A stretch of 64,000 bases of DNA from NCBI RefSeq assembly GCF_009914755.1, contig NC_060944.1; one strand, given 5' to 3'. The notes below the pieces were generated by a model that saw only the letters and a list, made by a program, of their open reading frames with translations, was not told the DNA's origin and ran no database searches. Position 1 is the first letter of the stretch, and every line of letters starts with the position of its first letter. This DNA is from the human T2T-CHM13v2.0 reference genome, Homo sapiens. Positions 29,300-41,672 of this stretch are shown piece after piece. A program made the translations under genes and the position numbers.

Positions 29300-30540
29300 A
29301 ATCAATTTGGGATGAAACAAAAAGAAGGTTTCTGGTGAGACCTAAACATCACAGAGAGGGAAGGATTTGAAAGTGTCAGAGCACTCACTCCGGGCTGTTT
29401 GAGAGATACTAGTGAACGCATGGAAACAATCCTGGTAAGAGTGATTGGTACTTATAATTAAATTAAATCTAAAGAAAATTACTTATTGGAAAGAATTGAC
29501 TGTGGCTACTGGCAAATGGAGATCCCTAGACTTAAATGAATTATATTCTCCAAAGAACCACTAGTCCAACTTAAAAAAACAAAAACAAACAAAAATCTCT
29601 ACCGGAGACTTAAAATGACATTCGGGGCACCCAGTGTTCTACGAGCAGGTAGCAAATTGAAAGAGTTGCTCGACCCCAAAAAGGGCATAATCTACAATAT
29701 CCATTACAAATGTGACCAAGAAGGACAATGGAAGAGGAAAGATCTTCAGAGAAGTGAGTCAAGAGTCTTGAGAGCAAAAGAGTTACTTCCAAGGAGCAGC
29801 ACTGGTGCATAAGCAAGGAACATTTCTTACCCCAGAAAAGGGAGACTTCCAGCATTTGTTGAGCAGAATTTCAGATTTGCTCTAAACCAGTGACTGCTCC
29901 ATGCCTCCCATCCTTCTCCCTGATGAATGGAAGTGATTGTTTTGACTTTCCTGTCCCTATTCCACCATTATGCATTGGATTTTCCAGTGCAGAGATGCCT
30001 ATAAAATCCTGGGCTTTGAGCCGGATGTCACAATTGGATGAGACCTTGCAGTATGTTCCATGGGGCCTTTGAGTGTAGTTTGTAGGCATAATGGAAAAAG
30101 GAGGAGATTTGTGATTAAGAGGACAGACTAAGATAGATTATATTCGTATTCCTAATATTTACTCTCACTTCCATAAGAAGCTTATACACCTCGGCATATT
30201 GCTATGACATACAATGTTTGTGTGAGAAAGACATGTCTGCATACCTGCCTCTGTAGGGGCTGGACCAAGTGACATGCTTTCGCCAACACAATATGGGCAG
30301 ATGTAATGTTTGCCACCGAGGAGTGTAAGCCTTAAAAGTGATCATGTGTTTCCCCCATCTGTCTTGCTCTTTCCCTCTGCCAGTGAATATGCACTTCTAA
30401 ATAGTGAGAAAATGTGGAACAGAGTTGGGCAAGTGGCAGCAGCCAGCTGCACCTGCCCAAAAGTAACAAATGTTTGTTGTTGGAAGGCACTGAGATTTGG
30501 AAATTAATTGTTACCAAATGAAAGCAAACTAATGAAGAAA
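29300..30540 (+). mobile_element. MaLR internal fragment plus MLT1-type LTR (~30130-30540)
   Basis: MLT-int-like 'ccagtgactgctccatgcctccc...tccctattccaccatt' and LTR end 'aaatgtttgttgttggaaggcactgagatttgg...aactaatgaa'. Confidence 0.55.
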
Positions 30541-30711
30541 TCTAACTCTCATAAGAAGGTTTCACATAAGTCTGTTGCAGCTGATACTAGTATAGCTACA
30601 CAAGCTTTTGTGGTTGTTGTTGCTAATACTTACCTGGTGCACATTTATCTATAATTTTTAGACCTCTCTACTCATGTATTAGACATGTCTTTTGTAGGGA
30701 ACATATAGCTT

Positions 30712-30902
30712 GAGCAATGGTTATCAAACTTGAGCATGCCTCAGAATCACCTGGAGTGCTTGTTAAAGAACAGGTCTTTAGGACCCAGCACCATAGATTC
30801 TGTTTCAGTAGGTCCGGGGTGGGTTTCGGAATGTGCATTTCTAACAATTTTCCAGGTGATGCTGAAGCGGCTTTGCCCAAAGATCACAATGTAAGGACCA
30901 CT
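30712..30902. mobile_element. MER5A-like
   Basis: 'caatggttatcaaacttgagcatgcctcagaatcacctgga...gcatttctaacaattttccaggtgatgctga'. Confidence 0.8.
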
Positions 30903-32099
30903 CAGCTAGTTGTTTCCTTTTTTATTTTTATCTTGCCTGACAATCTTTTCCTGAAACATTTAACCCATTTTTAGCCACTATAATTACTACTATATCTATA
31001 TCCATGTCTATTATTATTTCTGAGTTTATTTATATTGTTTTTGTGTGTGTGTCTTTGTAGGCCACCTTTTCTGTTGCTTCATCTTTCTTACTTTGTTTAG
31101 GTAAATTTTTTTGTTTTTTAATAACATAGAAGTCATACATTCTGCCTCTCTTCTTCTATTGGTTTCCCTAGAAATTGAAGAAACTAAGTTACTAAAGTCA
31201 AAAGTTTGTCAGTATCTTTGCACATCGTCCAGACAAAACAAATACTTTAAACACAATAAATTCAATCACTTCTCTTTTTGTTATTATTATCATGTATTAT
31301 ATCTTTTTAAAAAATATTTTGCAAATTATGCCTTATAAAATTTCTATCTGGAATCTGAATCTTGAATTTCATCAGAAATACATCCTCTAGATTTTATTTT
31401 ACAAGACTGTTAATGATTAACCATATTTCTATTTACACATTTTAACAAACCTTATTTTCACTGTGAAAAGATCATTTTAAGAGAGAATTCTAGGTTAACT
31501 ACTATTTTCTCCCAGATCATTGAATATATTTGTTGACTATCTTCTGGTTTCCATTGGTTTTACTGTAAAGTTTGCAGTTGGTTGTCTTTTTCACTAAGTT
31601 CCTTTGAAAATCTCTTTGCCATGGATTAGTATAATTTTTTCATTTTATTCTGTTTTAAATTTGTTGGGCATCCTAAACCTGAACATTTTTGTCTTACTTT
31701 AGTTATACAGAAGTCTCTGACAGTGTTCTCTTCTTCATTGTCTTTCTAAGCTTTATTCTAAATACATTTTCAGATCTATATCTCAGTTAAAAATAATATT
31801 CTCTTCAGCTAGATTTAATCTTCACTGAAATCCATCTACTAACTTTTAAAACTTTATAATTATATATGTATTTTTATGTCTAGAAGTTCTATTTGGTTTT
31901 ACCAAACCTTATTATTTCTATGAGTTTCTTTCTTCTTCCTCATATTTTCACTCATACATAAATTATTAAAATGTATTAAATATCCATTTTATATCTCAGC
32001 TGGATAATTGTAATATCTGAAGGATTTGCTGAACTAATTCTCTCTCCTAGCATTTGTTTTCTTTTGTGTTTTAAAGTTATGACTTGTGATTTCATACCC

Positions 32100-32459
32100 A
32101 TAATAGACTGAATGCTTGTGTTCTTTTTAAAATCTATATATTAAAATCTAATCCCCAATGTGAATGTATTTGAAGGTGAGGCCTTTGAGAGGTGATTAGG
32201 TCATGAGGGTGAAACCCTCATATAAGGGATTAGTGTCCTTATTAGAAGACTCCAAAGAGTTCCCTTGCCCCTCTTTCCACCATGTGAGGATACAAGGGGA
32301 AGGCGGCTCTCTGCAGCCTGAAAGAGGGCACTCACCCGGATTCAACCATGATGGCATTCTCGTCTCAGACTTCCAGCCTCAAGGACTGTGAGAAATAAAT
32401 GTTGTTTAAGCCATCCCATTCTATAGTAATTTGTTATAGCAAGCAGAATTGACTAAAAC
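32100..32459 (+). mobile_element. MLT1A-like MaLR LTR
   Basis: 'gactgaatgcttgtgt...ggtgattaggtcatgagggtg...cagacttccagcctc...tgtgagaaataaat...gactaaaac'. Confidence 0.85.
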
Positions 32460-32521
32460 TATACCCTCAGGATGTTTTACATGGAACTTCTCTGAGATGT
32501 GAGTTGAAGCTGGGTCTCTGC

Positions 32522-32670
32522 CCTCACTCAAAGTGTGATCCATGGGTCAGCAGCAGAGGGTTCACCTGTGAGATTGTAAGACCTGCAGAATCTCAGCCCC
32601 GCCCCAGACCTCCTGAATAAGAATTTCTATTTTAATCATAACCTCATGCACAGGAGAATTTGAAAAAGGA
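32522..32670. mobile_element. MER5-like fragment
   Basis: 'ctcaaagtgtgatccatgggtcagcagca...tgcagaatctcagccccgccccagacctcctgaat'. Confidence 0.7.
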
Positions 32671-33709
32671 TAGCTAAGGGAGAATTTGGATTTCTGGGGC
32701 TTTTTTTTTTTAGGGCTTTTTTGCAAGGTACCTGGAGGAATCATTGCACCTTACATGAAATTCTAAGCTGGAGGTTTTTTGGGATCACACAAGTTATATC
32801 AATTCAGGATGCAAACTCTTGTGCAGGCTGGTTATAAATTCTCAAAGATGTTTTTCTCCTTTCACCCAGAACCACAGTTCAAAAGGGGCAAATTTCCTAG
32901 CAGTTCTCTTAGGGAGCAGGTGGGCAGCATAGATTTACTAATAGATCCCCTGACAGCAAGGGGGCAGTCCATTATAGTGCCAATTTTGGGAGCAGAGATA
33001 AACCTAATACACTGCTCCATGGTGTGGTGAGGGCCGAAGGCTGTATCTCCTAATTCTTGCATGCCCAGAAGGCCATAAAATCCGAGGCTCCACATCACGT
33101 AGATTCAACAAATGCCTTCTGGACAAACTTGCTTCTCCTATATCCTGCCTGACTCCTACCTGCACTAAGTTTTTAGCTTTTGAATATTCTTTCTTCTTAT
33201 CGGTTCAGTAATAAATTTGAACATACTCTGTTTTTCAATACTTCTGAGTATTTATTTTTGTTCTAGCAGAAAGGTCGTCTAGAGTAACCTTACATACTCC
33301 AAGAAACAGGAACTCCAGCCTTAAGACTCACTTTCATCATGAAGGAGAATGCACACCCAGGGCAGAGACGGTGAAATACTTAACTCGATGACCAAAAGAA
33401 GAAGAAAACCAATCGAGAAAGCCTTTTGACTCCTCCCTATTGTTTAATGCAAGTTCCTATTATGTCTTTATCTGGGGCCAAGCACAGTGCTTCTCATATA
33501 TTACCTTATTTAAATCTCACATCACCCCATACTCACTCTAATTATCGTCATCCTCCTTCCACACATGAGGAAATGGAAGCCCAAGAGGGACAGAATTTTC
33601 TCAAGGTCACCTATCCACAAAGGACTACGATTTGGACCCATGGTCACCTGAGTCCAGTGCTTGCTTCCAGTGTTATGCTGCTATTCTGAAACCGCTCTAC
33701 CCTACCTCC

Positions 33710-35050
33710 TGATGGCAGCAGCAGGCTGTCCAGAGCAGCTGTTGCCATCATGTCAGCCACTGCAGGGAGGACACCAGGGAGGAGGCACAGCTGGGTCAAG
33801 GGTTGTGCCACGCTCCAGAGGGCCGGTGGAAGCCCCCCTGGAGACCACTGCCCTGGGGGCCACTGTGATGGCGCAGGGAAGGGCGGGCAGAGAGGGGCTC
33901 AGTGAGGACCTGGAACCCCCACCCCAGGCTGAGAAAAGGCATGGCCAGGGCTGCCTGCACACTCTATGGAGTGAGCAGGAGCCCTGCTCTCCCAGGCACA
34001 GGGTCCCTCTCTGCACTCTGCACTCTGCAACCTCGGGGGCCCCAGGCCCCCTCGGCCTCTCAGGCTTGGGGGTGTCTCCCACTGCCTGACCTCCCCCTAC
34101 TCCCAGAGCCTGCTCTGATCTCGGAATGGAGTTGGGGCCAAGCCCAGTTGCTGTCACAGCCTGATCAGATGTGCACACATTTGGGGCAGCTCTGACACAC
34201 CACCCCCCTGCCACCTCAGCCCCCTCCAGAGTTTGGGGTCCAACAAGCATGGGGGAGAAGCTGAGGTGGGGTTGAGGTCAGCTTGGCACTGGCCTGCATG
34301 TGCCCCTTGGTGCGAGCAGCCTGGGTGCGATGGACAGTGGCAGGATGCAGACAGGCTCCTGGGTGGAAGGTGGGGGTTCCCCAATGAGGCTCCACCTTCA
34401 GGCCAGGAAGGGCCTGAGGGTTATGGGCCCAGCTTCCAGTGCCAGGGTCCGGAGTGGGAACTTATGGTGCCTTCTCCTGATCCACCCATGGCTGCCCATG
34501 GACTAATGGGCATGCACTTCCTCCCTTCTGAGGCCCATAAAAGCCCTAGACTCAGTTAGAACTGAACAGACATGGGACAACCAGCTGTGGGGAGGAACTA
34601 CCAATCTGCTGAGAGCTGGAACAGACAATGGGAGGACTGGCTGCAGAGAGGAGCTACCCTCTCTGCTGAGAGCTGAACACTCATTGGGACGACCTGCCTA
34701 GCAGAGAGGAGCTACCCCCTCTGCCAGGAGCTGAACACTCATCAGGACACCCTGGCTATGGAGAGGAGCTGCCTGCTAAAGGTTTCCTCTGAGCTGTTCT
34801 ATTGCTCAATAAAGCTCAACTTCAACTTGCTCACCCTTCAGTTGTCTGCATACATCATTCTTCCTGTTCACAAGACAAGAATTTGGGACCCACCAAATAG
34901 TGAAGATAAAAAATCTGTAACACGAACAAGGCTAAAACATGCCTCTTGCTTACCATGTTACAGGTGAAGAGAAAGAGAGAAGAGCTGGGTGGTCCTTCAG
35001 AGAGCCCAGACCTGGGAGCTCCCCAAGCCAGGGCCGTGACTTCCTCTTTG
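33710..35050 (+). mobile_element. MER52 (ERV1) LTR, 3'-truncated
   Basis: Starts tgatggcagcagc; GC-rich; internal 'gagaggagctaccc...gagctgaacactca' repeats; 'ctcaataaagctc'; ends 'cagacctgggagctccccaagccagggccgtgacttcctctttgg'. Confidence 0.85.
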
Positions 35051-36698
35051 GCAAATAGTGACAAGAATCAAAGGAAACAGAATAATGGAATCCTATGATT
35101 GCAACTAAAGTAAGTAAGGAGAAACGTGATGCCCGGATTATGAGTTATTTTTGTCCGTAGATGTTTATTCCAAGAACTGCCTTGATAGATGCAGTTTAGG
35201 CAACAGGTAATTCTTAGAGATGATTAATTCCAGGTGGATCAAACCTTAATATCCTTTTGAGGATGATTCACTTCAATTTACTGCATCATTACTTTTAGGA
35301 GGCAGCAAATGATACCAAATCCTATACACTCTTGCACATTCACTCCAGCTTCCCTCCCAAGTTGAAAACCATTTAAAAATAATTTGAGATAAAGTTCAGT
35401 CAGTTAGCTAGTTACAGCATTCTCTTAGGGTAGCATTAGCATTAATTAATGCTTGCAGATTGCTTTGAAAATCACAAATGCTATGGAAGTGCTGACTATT
35501 AATTTAGCAAAAGCACAGGCCATGAAAGTTGAAATTTGAAGGCAGTTGCACACTGATGAAATGTTTTAATACTTAAATGAACCAGCCTGAAGAAAGTCTC
35601 TGACATCCCATGTTTATAAATCATGAGGAAAAGAGGTTTAAAATGGAGAGATTTAAAATGAGATTTAGAAGAGAGTACTGAAGTGGAAGTGAATGGGAAT
35701 GACTGTTGACTATAAGAAGAGAGTAACAAACCTTAGGGATCATCAAAATCACAATTTGGGGTTTCTACATTCATCAATTGGGAGGTCCCCCTTGTGCTGG
35801 TAATTGGCAGTAATTCAGGAGATAAGAAAAGGGGGAGAATAGGAAGAAGAGCAACAGAAAAAACAAAAAATATTAAGTGGAAGAAGAAGAAAAGGAAGAC
35901 AGAGACAAAGCTGAGGAAGAAAAAGGAGAAAACTTATTTAATGAGATGCTAATGAAATGGCATTTCTCCAGTGCGAGTCAGCCCAAGGAGCAGTTATATC
36001 CCAATAAGGACTCCAAATTGAAACTACTGTCTGACTCCATCGTCACAAACAGTCCTCTCCAAATTTCTCCTCCTTTCCTGGTTTACCTGTGGATCTGAAT
36101 GAGCAGATCTTGTGTCCCTTCCTTTTGCAATCATCACATGGCTTCTTGAGATAGGACTGGCATCCTATGCCCCTCCTCATCCTCATCCTATGCCTCCACC
36201 AAGACACTTAGGAAGGACTGGTTCTGCTGCCTTCCACACATCTCTGTGTGATCTTTAACTAATTCTTTAGGACTGTCCTTGGTGTTCAACTTCTCCAGTG
36301 AGGTCAGCAACATTGGGCCTTTGTCCCCATATCTGTGCTGCTCTGATGGCTGAGACCTATATGCTCTTCCCAATGAAGATTTCCAGGAAAGTGGATTTCC
36401 ATGGCTGTGAAGATAGCTGAACTATTTAACTTGTTCCCTGGAAGAAACTTTCTCCGTAATTTTGTTGTGGTCCTACAGGAAGGTAAGAACATGAATTAAA
36501 TGAGCTTATATAGCAATCTGTGATGTTATAGAAAAAGCTCCTTATAGAATAGATAAGAGATTACCTCCCCTACCTCTCTCCTTCCACTTTTCTTTATGTC
36601 TTTCCTTATGTTACATTAATTTTTTATTTTAAGCATATCATATATTTGTATTGCAGGATATTTAGAAAATAAAAAATGCATAAAAATTTAAATTTATA

Positions 36699-36699
<1 letters not shown>

Positions 36700-36778
<79 letters not shown>

Positions 36779-37210
36779 AGGTCATCTACCCAGGCATATT
36801 CATGCCTTGCATTTAGTCATAGTGTCTGCCTTATATTGATGTATGTTTATATTATATATAATAATATTGTATGGATATTTTTATATTTTATAATTATTTA
36901 AATTGTATTATATAAATATAAATTATGTTTGTACTGATAAACTTACAAATATGTTATATTTTTATTTACAAACATATGAATATAAATTATTAAAACAATT
37001 ATTTTATATTATTTATATGTTATATATTTCATTTACATTCTGTTAAAATATAAATACTTGAAAATATTTATCAGATATAAATACTTGTATTTTCATAATT
37101 TATATTCATATAAATATTCTTATAAGTATCAGATACAAATACTTGTATTTATAAGATATAAGTATAAAATGCAAGTATTTATATTTTAATATTAATATTA
37201 TAAAGTATTT
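36700..37210. repeat. (TG)n(TA)n(CA)n(TA)n microsatellite and AT-rich low-complexity tract
   Basis: Read directly from the sequence. Confidence 0.9.
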
Positions 37211-37527
37211 TCCATTCATGTCTTCATAATGGATGCTTAATATTGTGTCATGTGGGTATATCATAACTTTTGCTTAAACTTGCAATTGTATTTTTAGTTT
37301 TCTCACAGTATTTATCCTTATAAATGATTTTATAAAAAATATCTTTGGGTGAAAAATTTTAAAAGAATTTTTATTAAATGAGACAAGGCTCATTTTCAAA
37401 AATATCATTCAAATTTTATGTTTTCTAATTGTCTCTTTTTTTTTTTTTTACTGTGGCTCTTTCTGTAAGTTGTCAAATATACAATTGGACAAAAAGTTAT
37501 CCTAATCAGGGTAATCAGGTAATCTTT

Positions 37528-38069
37528 GTGAGTTTAAGGTAAGAAAAACTTTTCGTCTATCCTCTTAGGTTCCATTGCTGGAACCTGTAAATTAAACTGA
37601 CAAAAAAGAAGAAAAAGTTTACATGCACAGAAGCTTCATATAAAAGAAGTAAAAATCTAAAGGAGTGGTTAGACTTGGGGACTTATATGCTGTTTTAACA
37701 AATGGCAATACGTTGTGGAAAGTGACTAGACAAAGAAAAGAGATTTTGGGTTTCAAGAGGCAGTAACTTATGGGAAGGTAAACATATGAGGTAAATTAGT
37801 GATAAACAAGGTTTATTTAGTAAGGTTTGCTTACGTAGACTCATTTCAATGCCATCTCTGGTAGGGAGCCATCTCTGAAGTCATTTTTCTCTTCCTGGTT
37901 CTGGAGAGAGGGACACCAATAAAAATGGAAATTTCTGCCTTGCATGTAGTCAGATGGAGGAATTCAGACAGCTCTTTCTAAATCTGCTCTTTCTCGACTC
38001 TCTTCAGCTCAAAATAATCCTTATGCCAATGTAGCATATTTTGAAGTGGCATATTCTGATCCCCTCCAT
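37528..38069 (-). mobile_element. MER34-like (ERV1) LTR
   Basis: Ends 'ttcagctcaaaataatccttatgcca...tggcatattctgatcccctcca', the reverse complement of the MER34 5' start. Confidence 0.8.
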
Positions 38070-38287
38070 GAGTATGATAATCACATTTCAACAGAATTTG
38101 GATTCTGATCAGAGATTTCGAAGCTTATTTAAAGAGCAAAACAAAATGAATTAAACTCTTTCTAAGACATTTGTTAAATGTCCAAAATATGTCAGATGCT
38201 AAGCACACCAAGATGGTGCTAGAGAAATCAAGATGAATGAAACATGGTCCCTGTCTGTGAAAGTCTTCTGATCTTTTATTTGGCCTG

Positions 38288-38737
38288 TGTAGCACGTTGA
38301 TTGCAAAAAGGGACATAATTCTTCCCCTCTCTGTATTTACAGTATTTATGGCACTGAAGCATTTTATATCTATTTCTCCACCCTTGAGTCTTGGATGGCA
38401 TGTGACTTGCTTTTGTCAATGAAATGGAACAGAAATGTCAGTATGCTGGTTCCACCTTGAGCCTCAGAGACTGGGTGCACCTGGCAACCCCTGGGAACCT
38501 TGCTACTGGCATATAAACAAACTTAAGCTAGCCTGCTGGAAGATCAGAAACCACACAGAGCAGAGAGGAAGTGGCCTACAGAGGCCAACTTGAACATCCA
38601 GCCCCTAGCCAAGCTGGCAGTTGACCATAAACACATGCCGTCTAAGGCCAGAAGAATTGCCCAACTATGTCCGGAGTTGTGCACTAAATAAAGGTCATTT
38701 GGGAAGGTTGGTAACATGAAAGATACTAATTGATACA
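38288..38737 (+). mobile_element. MLT1 (H/J-like) LTR
   Basis: 'tgtgacttgcttttgtcaatgaaatg', 'gctagcctgctggaagat' and the terminus 'taattgataca'. Confidence 0.65.
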
Positions 38738-39381
38738 GCCTGTAAACCAATTGCACCAATGTGCTTAGTGTCATAATAGAGGAAGAAGCAAGAAGCTATA
38801 AGCTGTTGGCTTGTCCTTCTGCTTCAGCTGCTTTTGATCTTGTTGACAACACAGTTTAAGATAATGAGGGTCAAGATATCTTGAAGAGGGGGAGCTTTCT
38901 ACGAAGGAGTAAAAACATTCTGATAAAGGAGAGTCTGACATATTTTTCTTAAACAATTTTAACTCCTCACATGTGCCTTTCCTGGGCAAGGGTGCAAGGT
39001 TACCCAAGCAATAGAGGAAACTGTTGTTGAACTGAGCTACAAATTCTCTTGTTTTTGGATCTGGTCATGGGTGGTTATTGATGGTGCCAGGGAAGTAATT
39101 GCATAGGCATTCTGGCCCTGAGAGGCAATACCACTGAGCCATCAGGAATTGCCTAATGTGCCTAAGTTAACAAGGTTATCCAAACAGCTCTTTTCTGCTC
39201 CAAGTAGTAGCTTTGAATTTGCAGCTTTGATTCAGTTAAGCCAGCATCCTCATGCTCTCTGGGCTTCATCTCTTTGGTAAGCCTATAAATAATTCTTTCT
39301 TTCCCAAACCTCTCTCTGTTCCCATCAAAACTTAGCAAACAACTGGGCCTTTCTTCCAGACTCCCACTTTCTACTATATTA

Positions 39382-39537
39382 GTGCAACTCAAACTTTAAT
39401 GTGCATAGGAATCACCCACAGATCTTGCTAAAATGCAAATTCAGATTCAATAGATCTGGGGTAGGGATCAAGGATTTGCATTTCTAATAAGTTCCCAGAT
39501 GATGCTGAGGCTGCTTCTCCCAGGATAACACTTTGAC
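39382..39537. mobile_element. MER5-like
   Basis: 'ctcaaactttaatgtgcataggaatcacc...gcatttctaataagttcccagatgatgctga'. Confidence 0.75.
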
Positions 39538-40129
39538 TGTTAAGGTACCACATAACAAATGAAAGTATCTCTACTAACCAAAAGCTAGTTAATAGATAAC
39601 CCAGAGTGCCTGATCTCCATTAAAACTTCCTGCTCTCATTCATTCATAGGCAAGTGAACAACCATAGCCTCTGCCTTCATTCGGGGAGGAAACAAAAACT
39701 TAGACTAATTTTGACAGTTCTGTGTGATGAATGCTTCCATAAAAGTGCATTCCCAGGTACAGTATCTTTTTAAGTACTCACTTGCCAGAAGCCACTCCTA
39801 ACAGGGCGTGATGGCAGGTCATGACATAAATGCCAGAACATCCCCTCCCAATTTTCTCTTCCCTGTTTCATCCCCCACTGTCCTATTTTTGATCATCCCT
39901 ATTCCATGATTTCTGTCTTGTATAGCTCATCTAAATTAAAATATTCTTGGCTAATTTTCCCAGATCTCCCAACTCCTATTTAATTTCATAGGCTCCAGGA
40001 GCTCCCACACCTATAGTACCACATTTGCCTTGTTAGGATATGGCTGATTTAAATATCTGACACCTGCTTCTCCTCAAAGCAGTCTTTTCATTTTAAAGTG
40101 CAGGCCTTAACTCTCTACCTGGCCATGCA

Positions 40130-40305
40130 TCCAGTAGTGTAGATCCTCAAAGCTCTAGGTGGATTGCCGGACCAGCAGCATTAGCATCACCTGGGAGCTT
40201 ATCAGAACTGTAGACTCGCCCACCCCACCCCAATCTACTACATCAGAGTCAGCATTTTAGCAAGATTCTCAGATAATTTTTATTGAAGTCTAAGACACTC
40301 TAGTG
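40130..40305. mobile_element. MER5-like
   Basis: 'ggaccagcagcattagcatcacctgggagcttatcagaac...gcattttagcaagattctcag'. Confidence 0.7.
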
Positions 40306-41588
40306 CAGAAATTTCAAAACACCTAGCTACACCTGCAACATGCATTTCAGGGCAACTCTCACACTATGAAAGAAGAAAGACTGAGTTTCAAATCTCCTCC
40401 TTCTAGTCACTAGGTGTGCGATCCTTATGCCCGAGGATAGGTAATAGAGATCACAGCTACTCGTAGAGTTGTTAAGTGACAATAAAGTGAGCTAAGAGAT
40501 ACAAAAACATCTTGCCCAGTTCCTGGCACATTGGTGACATGGAATAAAAGATAGAGATGAAAAAGTTTGAAGGATACTCTTGAGATTAATACACTTAAGA
40601 ATAGAATGTTGCCATAGCGTTGAACATTGATAAGCAGTATTTTATAAGTACAGAGTAATATATGTATAATTGTTAAGAATGTGCTTATTAGCTTGGCGTG
40701 AGATGACTTTTTTCCTCAAGTGTAAGGCATATATTTTGGATATTAATGCTATCAACACTTGAATAGTGCTAGAGATGTGAAATCAGAGACACATTTACTT
40801 TGCCATTGTTCAGAAAGTCACACGGCTGCTTCGTACTCACAAATCTAGCATGGCATGTCCTTCCAATACAGAATGTAGATGTTTAAAGAGCCACATTACT
40901 GTTGACTATGGCAATATTTTGAGGGAAGTTACTTCTAAGCATCCAAAATCAATGGAGAGTTTAAATAAACTCACTTGGAGTTTAATGTTTCCTTGGAATC
41001 CTATTTAAGTGGCCATAGAAATGCAGATCTCCTTTCAAAACGAGGTTGTACTCGAGCAACACTAATCACTTATAGAACTAAGTTTTGAATATCTTGAAAT
41101 CAACAGTAAGTGAAAAACTCAGCATGATCACCCATTTTAATGCATAAAAAACCAATACAAAGATTTATACAAAGATTTCTATAACCTTAAACCAATGCAA
41201 AAGAGTTAAGGGCCTGAGATGCAAATATATTTTTATATCTTGAAATCAGCAATAAAGAGAAAAAAATCCCTTCAAATTATCACTCTCTTTAACATATCTC
41301 TCTCAAATGTCAGTTTGAATATAGAGAAAAGACATCGTGTTACTTTCAAATGCCGCGCTTATGGTTCATTACACTACTTCATTGACTATCTCTGTATTTC
41401 CTTTTTATGCTAACAGGATGGAAGAGATAAATCTGTCTTTTGTTTCCTTCTTTTTCATAAACAGATCTGTTTTAATTTCAAATTACTCTAAAGAAAATAT
41501 GACTCTCTGGGAAATTTCAGGCCATCTACCAAAAGTATCCAAGTTGCTATTTTTAGATTCAAACTTTTGAAACACCTGCCACATCAGC

Positions 41589-41672
41589 TGTTAGACTAAA
41601 CCACCTAAAATTGCCAATATTTGAGCAATTTTTACCCACAAATATGGCAATTTTATGTATTTCAATCTAATA
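41589..41672. mobile_element. MADE2 mariner-derived miniature inverted-repeat element (~80 bp)
   Basis: Imperfect palindrome 'ttagactaaaccacctaaaattgcca ... tggcaattttatgtatttcaatctaa'. Confidence 0.75.

Noticed and set aside
33661-34559. Overlapping 97-165 aa ORFs as novel genes
   Set aside because: They lie in the GC-rich MER52 LTR, where stops are scarce, and show no recognisable domains.
34580-34790. Spaced repeats 'gagaggagct...gagctgaacac' resembling an array
   Set aside because: Normal internal tandem repeats of MER52; eukaryotic context; not CRISPR.
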